From: Macrostomum lignano
Taxonomy: Eukaryota
Assembly: GCA_002269645.1 (NCBI GenBank)
Contig: NIVC01002406.1
Location: 1-64,000, forward strand
Length of the DNA stretch: 64,000 bases
Direction: 5' to 3'
A program made the position numbers and the translations under genes. This document shows positions 12,701-22,473 of the stretch, piece by piece; position 1 is the first letter of the stretch, and every line of letters starts with the position of its first letter. Below the pieces are notes generated by a model. That model worked only from the letters and a program-made list of their open reading frames with translations. It made no database searches and was not told where the DNA came from.

Positions 12701-13589
12701 GGGACATCTCGGTGCGGACAGAACCCTGAAGCGACTGCAGACCAAAGTCTGGTGGCCAAAGATGCGCAGCGACTGCGAAGTCTTCGTCAAGTGCTGTGTC
12801 GGTTGCCAAGCAGTGGCCACGCACGTGCACCAGACGCCTTTGAAGCCGACGGAGATGCCGGACGGACCTTGGCAACTGCTCGGCATGGACTTCTACGGCC
12901 CGGTGCAAGGTCAGATGCTGCTGGTCACCACGGACCTGTACTCCAAGTACCCGGAAGTCGACATCATGCAGTCAACGACGGCCGGCAACGTGACACCGCA
13001 TCTGAGACGGCTGTTCGGTCGGCACGGCATCCCTGCTGTCATCACGGACAACGGACCGCCCTTTAACTCTGCCGACTTTCACAGCTTCCTCAGCGGATAT
13101 GGAGTTCATCATCGGCTTATCTGTCCGCTGCATCCGGAGTCCAACGGAGCCACCGAGCGTGTCAACCGTAGCATCGGGAAGGTGGTGAAGACTGCTGTCG
13201 CTGAAGGTCGGAACTGGAGAGAGGCCCTGGACGACTGGCTTCTGGCGTTCCGCACAACGCCTCACCGAGCAACTGGGCGGACTCCGGCCGAGCTCCTCAT
13301 GGGCAGGCCGATCAACGACGGAATCCCAGCCAGCAGACAGCCGAAATCATCTGATGTCGGCCAGCAAGCCGTGAAGGACTGGAACTGGCGGTACACGCAG
13401 CAGATGAAGAGTGCGTTCGACAGGCGCACGGCCGCAAAGGAGCACCGCATCGTTCCCAGCATGAGTGTTCTTCGCAAGCAGCAGGCACGCAAAAAAACGC
13501 AGCTGCCATTCGAAACTCAGCCATGGACGGTGCAGGAGGTTCGAGGCGACACCTGCATCCTACGGCGAGGCCAGCAGTCTTGTATGTAG
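9786..13589 (+). CDS. Single-frame Gag-Pol (1267 aa) of Gypsy-1
   Basis: Two zinc knuckles (CYRCGERGHATC, CNNCGKPNHLAKAC), protease IDSGAS, RT (WVHDD), RNase H (VDAS..ERE..TDH), integrase zinc finger (HTGHLG..CVGC) and D-D-E core. Confidence 0.95.
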   Translation: MATNYIALPPPEPFVISDDPHNAGKRWREWAARFTDFIEASGVANENQKCKLLCYTAGKEVSDIVRELPKVEGEEKEHTLASIFDGLKRHFDDRKNIVFARYQFRLCVQQAGEKIEAWHSRLRAAVEPCEFENLRDSLIRDQLVATCTSDKLRRRLLQEADITLEDALRKARAFEAAEEQAAEMEKTTDAQVASLARSSKTATDRRGPASEPRSKPSQMNTCYRCGERGHATCDAARGKICNNCGKPNHLAKACRQSRSAGSRARQQIHTNADCTVPDAVASEDVFTLHRNGTYPAEVSLKFQVGSRQLSMMIDSGASCSIMSSRTFKTLNRPHLRTPESEVRVYGCSAPLNIFGIADLEVRVGAVSTVVPFHIMDGDGLTILGRDPAFRLGVLKIQRPEFNAMEAVNSNSDSARPSPQLQDILHRHKAVFEGIGCIKDVQVRVQLSDNAVPVCHAPSRVAAHLRAAVVDELKALERQDIIESVKGPSAWVARMVVVPKTDGGVRICQDLRDLNAFVVPEKQQIPTLDEVTEEMSGAKLFSELDIRKAFYQIPVHEDSRHLFTFSTPLGLMRLKRLSMGFTNASEILQRVMLGILSGIDGVRWVHDDVIVYAADAKQHHDRLDACLHRLREFGITLNKDKCKFAKPAVEFLGMHLSAKGIQPVAEKIRAVQDFRQPANVSEVRSFLGTANFLAKFIPRFADVSAPLRHLTKKGQPWEWTASHTEAFSTIKKAIAGADTLAFFDRKRQTELLVDASPIGLGAILTQKQPDGSSRPVAYASQALSPVEQRYAQIEREALAIKFACLKFEHYLAGDPNFTVVTDHRPLVPLFKPGSRPPQRIERMALRIQHLRFTLLYRPRPANRADLLSRQPLPELRPNIGEVIDAAFVSAVSAGAVPKGFSLQQIRDSSRTDTEIQAALSAIKTGSWNMLDPVQSALKSSSSELSESDGILLRGDLIVVPESLRRPILQLAHTGHLGADRTLKRLQTKVWWPKMRSDCEVFVKCCVGCQAVATHVHQTPLKPTEMPDGPWQLLGMDFYGPVQGQMLLVTTDLYSKYPEVDIMQSTTAGNVTPHLRRLFGRHGIPAVITDNGPPFNSADFHSFLSGYGVHHRLICPLHPESNGATERVNRSIGKVVKTAVAEGRNWREALDDWLLAFRTTPHRATGRTPAELLMGRPINDGIPASRQPKSSDVGQQAVKDWNWRYTQQMKSAFDRRTAAKEHRIVPSMSVLRKQQARKKTQLPFETQPWTVQEVRGDTCILRRGQQSCM

Positions 13590-13619
13590 CACGTGACCCA
13601 GCTGCGGCCTCTGATGGAA

Positions 13620-13875
13620 CCGTCGGGCCAGTCCGCCGGCCAGTCCATTGGCCAGTCAGCCGGCCAGTCCGCCGGCCAGTCAGCCGGCCAGTCCGCTGGC
13701 CAGTCAGCCGGCCAGTCCGCCAGCCAGTCAGCCGGCCAGTCAGCCGGCCAGTCCGCTGGCCAGTCCGCTGGCCAGTCAGCCGGCCAGTCCGCCAGCCAGT
13801 CCGCCGGCCAGTCAGCCGGCCAGTCCGCCGGCCAGTCCGCCGGCCAGTCAGCCGGTCAGTCCGCCAGCCAGGCCG
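13620..13875 (+). repeat. 12-bp tandem repeat (GGCCAGTC[A/C]GCC), about 21 copies, reading (AGQS)n in the pol frame
   Basis: Directly visible; lies in frame downstream of the pol TAG. Confidence 0.9.
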
Positions 13876-15594
13876 CTAGTCAAGAAGCAGAGTCTGTGGC
13901 TCAGAGACGGCATCCAAGAGCAGCCCGCGACACGCCGAAGTGCTATACGAGTTAAGTAACTGATCCGCATTGCCTGAAGCGGCATAACTCAAGCTGAAGC
14001 GGTGTACATGTACTTCGTAAACAGTTAATTTTCTTTAGTTCGAAGTTTTTTTTAATTCCTTTGGGGGGGGAGAAGTGTAGGCAGCGCCTACTATCGTGTG
14101 TGTTGGGGGGTTGTTAGCGGCTGCGCCGCGTGGCTCTGCTAGCTCAACCCTTATGCGTACAATATCAAATGTGCATGGTGCGACTTTAGCCACCATTCTG
14201 ACTCAGCTCTATAATCCAATAAATATACTGATCGCTATTATTCTCGCCTGCAAGCTTTCGGCAACTATCGACTACAACAAGCAGTCTAGCCTCGTTTCAC
14301 TCACTACACTGGAGACAAGCGTTACAAGCGTACGTTACACAAAGAGGATCAGTTCCGAGAAGAAGCAGAAGCTATCCAATTGCCTCATTGAGTGTCTTCA
14401 GCCGGAGAATCGCAGTGAAAGTGTTCAGATCTGTGATGGCACGACCATGGTTCCGACTGTCAGTGTCAATCCGGAATCTCCCATCGTATCAGGTGGTGCG
14501 ACGGCGATGGGTACTCCAACTGGCCAGCCTCGACAGTTGGTTGGGCCTTTTAATGCTAGCTTCAGGCATTGCTTTACCATAGCCGACATCGTTTCGGAAA
14601 AACCTAGTCATTAAGTCATCCGCTCTTCTTCGTTTGCTCCTTGATGCCATGACGTATAATTACGTTTCCGTTTCGTCCAATAAAATTTTAAATAAACAAG
14701 TTAAACTTGAATTATCAAGAATTTCTAATAAAAAAATAGGATTAACAATATTCGCACTCGGCCATCGCCCACAATGAGCGCTTAGCCAATCCAGCGAAAG
14801 GGCGGGCCACCCGCAAGCCGATCCCATTGGCTAATTTGCTGAGTGGTGCCACTGCCACCCCGATATTTGAAACTATGACTGTCCTCCTAACTTCCAGCTG
14901 CTCTCCTACCTGAATTTTCCTGTGCAATCCTCGTGCGATCTGTGTGCTCTGTCAATCCAAAAAATCCCAAAGAATGAAATATTTAGTTTTCTTTGCAAGT
15001 AATAGACAAGTGGTGAGATAATGAAAGAGGAGATTCTGCCTTCACATCTTAAAAATCTGAAAAAGCAGAAGTGGAGCCACTAAAGGAGCCACTGTAAATT
15101 AAAATGGAAATGTGAAGTGTTGTACAATGAAAAGTATTACGTAGCTCAGGTGTTCAGGTAAAAATTTAACAATATTTTATTTATTTTGAGATTTTCAGTG
15201 ATTTTTTTTTCAAAATGAAGTTGATGTCCAAGAAAATTCAAGAATTCAATAAATAACCTATAAATCATTAAAGGTTATCATGGAAGACAGTCTGGAGGCC
15301 AGCAGCTTCAGCTACACAAGGGAATTAATTAGAAGAAACGGCTAGCCAATGTACTAGAGAAAGTGCAGCCGCGCGTCTTCACCCGCGAAGATTGGAGAAG
15401 GGCCCGCAGCCGTTATCAAATAAGGGTAAGCTGTTAGTCCAAGTCAATTGGTGGGTCAGTATGTGAGTGAGTCAGTGGATGAGTGGTTCAGTGAGTAAGT
15501 TAGTCTTCCACATCCTCCTACTTAGAATGAGGCAACTGGATCAGCCTCAAACACGGATTTCTTTCAAAGCGATCCGAAGTCTGAGGTTTAATTT

Positions 15595-17126
15595 GTGTGC
15601 CACGACGAATTTGACGACTTCGAAAGGCTCTGCATTGCCGTCACATCACATCCATCGGTATTTGCTGCTGCTAGAAAGGAAAACGCAGAGACCCCAGCAG
15701 CGCTGGCGGTAGCGACAGAGACCCAAGCCTCTACAAGTGCAGCCTCTACAGCCGCAGCTGCGGAGGCTTTAGCGGCAGCGGCCGAAGCGGCAGCGGCGAA
15801 AGCGACAGCGACCGAAGCGGAAGCGGCATCGGCGGAAGCGGAAGCGGCAATGGCACTGCAGAGACGTCAACCGTTCAAAAAAACTCGATTGAGCACTAGT
15901 GCTGATGCTCGCACATCTGCTGCTGGGACAGACGATCGCCCAATCCGCTTGCAGTTCGGGCTGGGCAAAACCAAGAGGCTGCAGGAGCAGCTTCAGTCTA
16001 TTGCGCAAATGCCCTTAAATTCCGTTAACGGCCTCACATTCCTCCATGTGTATCACCTGCGAGAGCTGGTCCAGAGGACTCGAAGAAAGCCAGCAGCAGA
16101 AAATCAACATACTGGCTGGAATTCAGGCCCGTCTGGATCAGCAAGCAGGGCAATCAGCCAGCTTTGCTGTTTGAATCACTGAATTCACTGGCGGAGTATG
16201 CTCGCTTTCTTACTGAATTGCCTTCTGAGCGAGTTCTGCCTTTGGTAAGTTTCAGCGTTATTCCATTTTGATTTTAAAATTCACCTACTTGCTTATGAGG
16301 AAAAGTAGTGTAGTTCCTATATTAATCAAAATTAAGCTGGAACCCAATTTACTGTCACTTCCGTCCGTTCAATGATTAATCACCCCCGTCTTTACCAGCG
16401 CGGAGATTGGGCAACTGCAAGTCACCAACATGGTCAGTGTCATCCTGACGCCTCGAATGCAAGCATTGGTCAATTTCAAAGCGTGCGGAACAGGGTGTGC
16501 CCAGTCTGGTTTAGCCACAGAGCTATCGGATCGGGAGCTTGCGTTTCAATCCAAGTTTTTGGGCTTTTGGGCTAATCCAAGGTATGATATTCTGTGATTA
16601 ACCTAAATGCAACTAACCCTTCCCACAATCTGAAATCCATAAAACAATAGTAACGCTTATTTTACATCAATATAGTCTTTTTATACCACACTCCTGTATA
16701 GTTATCAACCTATTTGCATGCCTTGTTGGAATTGCAGATGCCGTCCCAGCAATTTATGGCACCAGAGCAGAGGACGGCAGACCGTCTCAGGATCTGGTCG
16801 CTAGCCAAGTGCGGCAGTATTTGAGGCACGGAGCTGACCGGATCTCGGGGCGGTCGCATCGCCGCAACACAATCGGTGCCATGACGCCTTCAAATTCAAT
16901 TCGCGCAAGCGCAGCCGCGACTCCACAAGCCAGCGGGCTTTCGCAGGCCACCACATCTGCTACGCCGCAGTGGGCCCAAAAGCGGCCAGTTCCCACTCAG
17001 CAGCAGAAGGCAGCAAAGCGCCGCAGAGTGAGCAGGGCTGTTCGAGAGACTGATGATTTGATGGGGTCAAGTGACGATGAATTTGGGTTTCCTACCGACT
17101 ACAGTGACGGAAATGTCAAATCCTAG
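15595..17126 (+). pseudogene. Spliced, probably degenerate transposon-associated gene with Ala-rich linker and DUF4806/BEN-like C-terminus
   Basis: Ala-rich ORF 15595-16182; donor-like GTAAGT near 16245; segment NMVSVILTPRMQALVNFK (about 16430-16480); acceptor ttgcag| at 16737 then DAVPAIYG..VASQVRQYLRHGADRISGRSHRR, resembling the DUF4806 'WLR.A.DR.GGR' end. One junction needs a frameshift. Confidence 0.4.
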
Positions 17127-17350
17127 GCTTGTAGCAGTCATTTTACTAATTTGTACTTTATTTATAAATTCCTAAGACCTTTATTTTATCAATAACGCAT
17201 CTCTGCCCATAGACAAAAAACCAATGCTGTACCGATGCAAACTAATGTAAAAGCCCCCTGCGCATCAAGTGACAAAATACACACGCGTTTCCACTGTAAT
17301 AAATTCTACTTGTAGCAGCAGCTACAAACTGGTAGCAGAGCGTGGTTCCC

Positions 17351-18189
17351 AAATGTCAAGCACCGAAACTCCTTCTGCTTTGGCCAGCGCGTCTGGTAAC
17401 GCACCGGCGGTGGACGAGCAGAACCAACCTTTGCCTCCACCCCAGCCGAGTGAACTCAGCCGGGTCGCTGTTCGACCTCCAGCTTTCTACCGGAAATCAC
17501 CGGAGACCTGGTTCAAGCAACTCGAATCGCAATTCGCGCTTGCAAACATCACCAACGGCGTCACAAAATACCACTACGCTCTGGCAGCTCTCCCGGAAGA
17601 CATCGCCTGCGAGCTCAACTTTGACAGCAATAATTATGACAACTTGAAGACTGCGGTATCCGACAGCCTGCGAGCCAACCGTCATCAGCTGATCGAGGAG
17701 GCCCTGTCGGCGGTGGAGCTCGGCCAGAGGAGACCAAGCCAACTCGTTACCGAGATAAAACGGCGGTTTACAGAAGTCGGCCTGAAGGTCGACGATGCCA
17801 TTGTGAAGTCACGCTTGATTTCAGCGCTGCCAGCTAACATCCGCTCAGCCCTCGTCGGACACGAAAGTAGCCCGCTGGACACCTTCGCAAAGATAGCAGA
17901 CAGTATGCTCGCTGTCGCTGGTCGTCCTTCTCCTTTTTCCGACATCAACCGGCTCGCTGCAGCTGAAAGGACAGAGCAGCCGGCGCCCCAGAGTCCGCGC
18001 CGGCCGGCTGCCCCTGGCCGTCGACAGCAGCGACCACTCATCTGCAATGCGCACATCTACTACGCTAACAAGGCTCGGACCTGCCGACCTTGGTGCAAAT
18101 GGCCAGGCTCGAAGCCGGCAAACCTGCTCCGCCAAGGCCAGTCGACGCCAGCCCAGTCTCGTTCTTCATCGCCATCCCCAAACGAATAA
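17351..18189 (+). CDS. Gag of Gypsy-2
   Basis: ATG at 17351 just after the PBS; [38 protein letters not shown]-terminus; C-x2-H-x9-C-x3-C motif ([18 protein letters not shown]). Confidence 0.88.
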
Positions 18190-18230
18190 GTCATGTGCAG
18201 CGGCCGAGCCATGACAACGATCAGGCCCGT
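18177..18230 (+). promoter_or_regulatory. Candidate -1 ribosomal frameshift signal (CCCAAAC plus downstream stem-loop/pseudoknot)
   Basis: C CCA AAC in the gag frame at 18177-18183; 6-nt spacer; stem GTCATG (18190-18195)/CATGAC (18210-18215); the -1 frame is the pol ORF. Confidence 0.7.
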
Positions 18231-21200
18231 ACGCCGTTAGTCTCTGTCCAAGTTCTGGGTTCCAACGTTCAGTTCATTGTCGACACCGGCGCCGAGAAAT
18301 CGCTCCTTCCTCCCTGTTTCGTTCCGTTCAACCTCACTACTCCATGCAACGTTCAACTTCGTGGTGTCAGCGGTCACAATGTACGGTCCTATGGCCAATG
18401 CGCCACTTCAATTATGGTAAAAGGCCTCCGCCGCACCTTTCATGCCAACTTTATAATCGCAGAGACAGCACCAATTCTCGGATCCGATTTCCTAGCATCC
18501 TATGGCCTATCCGTCGACATGGGAGCCAAGTGCCTTCGAGACCCGCTTACCTCGTTGACTGCACTGCTTCGATTTGACACCAAAAGCAACTTCCAACCAC
18601 CGTCAATCCAGGTGGTTTCTAACGACAAAGGCAACGACTACTTCAGCCACTTTCCTGGCCTCACAGATGCTCCAGATTACTCGGTTCTGCCCACCACTCC
18701 GGTGAAACATCGCATCATCACATCCGGGGACCCGGTTTTCTGCAAGCCTCGCCCGCTCTCACCGGCAAAGTATACCGCAGCCAAGGCGGAATTCGACAAG
18801 CTTCTTCAGATGGGAATCGTTCTTCCGTCATGCAGTCCTTGGGCTTCACCTCTCCACATGGTGAAGAAGCCTGACGGATCTTGGAGACCATGCGGAGACT
18901 ACCGCGCCCTGAACAGCGCCACGGTACCCGACAGGTATCCACTGCCTCACATTCGGAATTTTCACCACCAACTCCATGGCAGCCAAATTTTCAGCAAACT
19001 AGACTTGGTCAAGGCATTCCACTTCATACCAGTCGCTGAAGAGGACGTCGCCAAGACAGCAATCTGCACACCGTTTGGCTCCTTCGAGTGCATCAGGATG
19101 CCTTTCGGGTTGCGAAACTCCGGCAGCACATTCCAGCGTTTCATTGACTCGCTATTTCGTGACATGACTAGTGTCATCACGTACATTGACGACATCCTCA
19201 TCCACAGCAAATCGGAGAGCGATCATCACAGAGACGTCCAGATTGTGATGCAACGACTTCACAACGAGGGACTTCGAGTGCAGCCAACCAAGTGCCAGTT
19301 TTTCCAGAGCAGCATCGAGTTCCTCGGTCATCTGGTCTCGGCGTCCGGGATCCAGCCACTTCCATCTCGTGTGGAGACGCTGCGTCAAATCTCACCTCCA
19401 AAAGATTTCAAGAGTCTACAGCGCGTACTCGGCATGTTTGGCTTCTACCAACGCCACATCCCCAACTACGCTAGCATCGTATTGCCTCTGCGATCGCTAA
19501 CCGACGCCGATTACAAATGGCAACCGGAGCACGAAACCACGCTCTGCTACCAGTTTGTAGCTGCTGCTACAAGTAAAATTTATTAACAGTGGAAACGCGT
19601 GTGTATTTTGTCACTTGATGCGCAGGCGTATTGCCTCTGCGATCGCTAACCGACGCCGATTACAAATGGCAACCGGAGCACGATTCCGCGCTCAAAGAGC
19701 TTCAAGACGGCTTAGCCGCAGCGGTGACTCTAGCATTCCCGACCACGACAGGAAACTTCACGATCACGTCGGATGCAAGCTCCTTCGCCATCGGCGCCAG
19801 CCTCCACCAGGTAGAAAACGGCGACTCAGTCCCCATCGCTTTCTATTCTCGGAAGCTCACTCAAACAAAGTCATCGTACAGCGCATTCGACCGCGAGCTT
19901 CTCGCCGTGTTTGCCGCAGTCAAAACCTGGCGCTACCTAATCCATGGACATCCAACGACTGTATTCTGCGATCACAAGCCGTTGATTGGCGCTTTCCACA
20001 GCAACAAAGAGCGTCTCTCCGATCGGCAGCAACGCCAGTTGGCTTACTATCTCAGAATACGTCACTGACGTCATCTACATCCCTGGCGCCAAGAACGTCG
20101 TCGCCGACACTCTCTCTCGAGACGTTACTCGACCAGACGAATGCACAGTCAACGTTGTCCAAGCCGAAAAGCTAGATCTACCCGCCGACCTGCCGGCGAT
20201 CGCCAAGGCACAACGTGAAGCAAAACTTGCTGACAATGACCGCTACCGTCCGTTCGACATCGGTTTGCTGGACTGCCCACTGTACTGCGAAACCTCGCAG
20301 CCGAATCCGCGACCGGTCGTTCCGGAATGTCTACGTCGACAGATCGTCCAATCATTGCACAGCATATCTCACCCAGGTATCAAAGCTACTCTACGTTTAG
20401 TTGCCTATCGTTTTTTCTGGCCCTGCATGAAGTCAGATGTACAACGGTGGACGTCTGAATGCACACAATGCCAAGCAGCCAAGGTTGGTCGTCACGTACA
20501 CCGCCCGTTACACCATTTGCCTTCACCGACACAACGTTTCACAACTGTTCACATTGATCTGGTCGGACCACTCCCGCTGCCCGACACCGTCGAAGCAGCC
20601 TCTCAACCGCGATACCTTCTGACCATGGTGGACTCGTACTCCCGTTGGGTCGAGGCGATTCCGTTGAACTCCATCACAAGTATGGCTGTAGCACAAGCCT
20701 TCGTCAGCCACTGGATCTGCCGTTTCGGTCCGCCACTCACATTGATCACCGACCAAGGAGCACAGTTTCGATCGGAGCTGATGGCAAATCTGGTGAACCT
20801 TCTTGGAGTCCATCACATACGCACATCTGCTTACAATCCCAAGGCCAATGGCATGATCGAGAGAGTCCATCGCACGCTGACAGCCGGTCTGAGAGCTCGT
20901 GGACATTGCTGGTTGACTCAACTTCCTATCGTCCTGTACGGCCTGCGGATCAATCCGGACGACAAAGGAAACTCACCATTCTCGATCGTGACAGGAGAGC
21001 AGCCACTGGTTCCACCTGTCACCACCGAAGATACCGACCACCACCAGCTGTCAACTCGATTACACGATCTTTTCTTTCCATACCGCCTTCCGCGAACGCG
21101 ACAGCAGCCGGTCCACCTGCCATCCGACCTGGCGTCCTGCAACTTTGCCTGGCTGCGCGTCGACAGGGTACGACACCCACTTGAAGCGCCGTACCAAGGA

Positions 21201-21452
21201 CCGTACAAAGTGCTGCGCCGTTCCGACAACACGATGACACTCGAAATCAAAGGCAAACAGCAATCTGTATCAATTGAGCGAGTAAAACCAGCCAGACTGC
21301 CAGACAGTCAACGACAGACCCGTTCAATGACAGCCGCCCAACCGCAGGATTCTCGTCCAGGTGTTCCCATTCCGAGGGAACCGACCAGCTCGCCCACGCC
21401 TACTCGACACGTTCACTTTTCGGACTCACCTGAAGTTAATGTTTTTAACTAA
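18184..21452 (+). pseudogene. Pol of Gypsy-2 (PR-RT-RNaseH-IN with GPY/F), broken by an insertion at 19535-19626 and a +1 frameshift near 20050
   Basis: [41 protein letters not shown], integrase HIDLVGPL..TDQGAQF..GMIERVHR, LEAPYQGPYKV. Confidence 0.93.
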
Positions 21453-21874
21453 ATTATACTATAATCCACTTCACTAACTAACACTAGCACTAATTACTAA
21501 TACGAGCGTAATATTTTGACGTTTCGCTTGCCTAGACACCTGCACTCTTTCTCCGTGAGGGGGAAGTATTTGTAGCAGTCATTTTACTAATTTGTACTTT
21601 ATTTATAAATTCCTAAGACCTTTATTTTATCAATAACGCATCTCTGCCCATAGACATAAAACCAATGCTGTACCGATGCAAACTAATGTTAAAGCCCCCT
21701 GCGCATCAAGTGACAAAATACACACGCGTTTCCACTGTTAATAAATTTTACTTGTAGCAGCAGCTACAGGCTAATTTATATGCCCAAATGAGAGTATAGT
21801 CGATATCTTAACAAATTTACAAGTGAATCTAGATATCAGTATAGGCTAAACGAGTTTAAGATGGGCAAAATTAC

Positions 21875-22375
21875 ATCACTAGTGGTGTAGCTCGAGCTGC
21901 CCAACTTCCTGTATGTTACAGAATCGCCACCGACGGAAGCCACGCGTTTGCAGATCAGCTCAGCATTTTTGGTGGGATTCACTGCGATTACAATGTCGCC
22001 TCTGTGGATGGAAAATTCAACACAAAATAAGAAATACCTTTGCACACAAATCGACATTTTGTGTGGCACTCAATTTCAACGTAGTGCCATGTTTTGCCTT
22101 TTTAACTTAGCCGAAGGTTAAGCTATAGGCTGTTTTTAAATCGGTAAGGTGTCTTACCTTGCAATCTGTTTAATAGAGACAGGCGCCACTCGTGTATAGA
22201 CAATGGATTTATCGGGTATTGTTGGCTCCATGCTGACTCCATCTATCGTATATGACGGGTACATTGGCCAAATATGCAGATAAGTGAAAGTGGTAGCAAC
22301 GGCAGTCGCTAAGCAGGTCCAGCCGGTATGTTGACTGAAAAACCTGTAACAACTACTGGCGCTCTTTAAGTGTGC
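21875..22375 (-). CDS. IMMP1L: IMP1 exons 22375-22158 and 22001-21875 (catalytic Ser and Lys); joined to 7293-7129 across a 14.6-kb intron
   Basis: GVSMEPT (Ser) and RGDIVIAVNPTKNAELICKRVASVGGD (Lys) motifs; GT-AG introns 22157-22002 and 21874-7294 with matching phases. The 5' boundary is less certain (alternative acceptor at 22344) and no genomic ATG was found. Confidence 0.88.
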
Positions 22376-22473
22376 CTGCAAAATAGTTTTGCTCTCGAAT
22401 ATATTATATCGAAGGAGAAGCGATACTATCTGTATGCTTAATCGTTCGAAGCAATATCTCGAAAAATTGACTA

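Larger units (their letters stand above)
9519..14308 (+). mobile_element. Gypsy-1: full-length Ty3/Gypsy (Mag-like) LTR retrotransposon
   Basis: 233-bp LTRs 9519-9751 and 14076-14308 (TG..CA, about 4 substitutions), 5-bp TSD CTGGA (9514-9518, 14309-14313), PBS 9753-9766, PPT GGGGGGGGAGAAG 14063-14075. Confidence 0.98.
7925..14614 (+). pseudogene. Crypton-type (DUF3504-like) tyrosine recombinase pseudogene, split by a Merlin-bearing insert and by Gypsy-1
   Basis: 8640-9518 gives KTRKHVALLKKFLQSKG, SLVGFRASIHRYL, YFDRSNPTKLQDEVFF, GKWYNP..NTLNDMMANISMRAG..YTNH* and VVTSLVDKGVSVQDIQAV; it continues after the LTR element (14314) as SVTSVRYTKRISSEKKQKLSNCL. Several stops and frameshifts. The N-terminal part (7925-8080) is tentative. 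Confidence 0.75.
17130..21768 (+). mobile_element. Gypsy-2: full-length Ty3/Gypsy LTR retrotransposon (CsRn1-like Gag), pol disrupted
   Basis: LTRs 17130-17326 and 21571-21768 (TGTAGC..GCTACA; 3 substitutions + 1 indel), 4-bp TSD GGCT (17126-17129, 21769-21772), PBS TGGTAGCAGAGCGTGGTT 17330-17347 (initiator-Met type), PPT GAGGGGGAAG 21557-21566. Confidence 0.98.

Noticed and set aside
9826-13524. Many short alternative-frame and antisense ORFs over Gypsy-1 (likewise over Gypsy-2 and Gypsy-3)
   Set aside because: Shadow ORFs of GC-rich gag-pol; no recognisable motifs.
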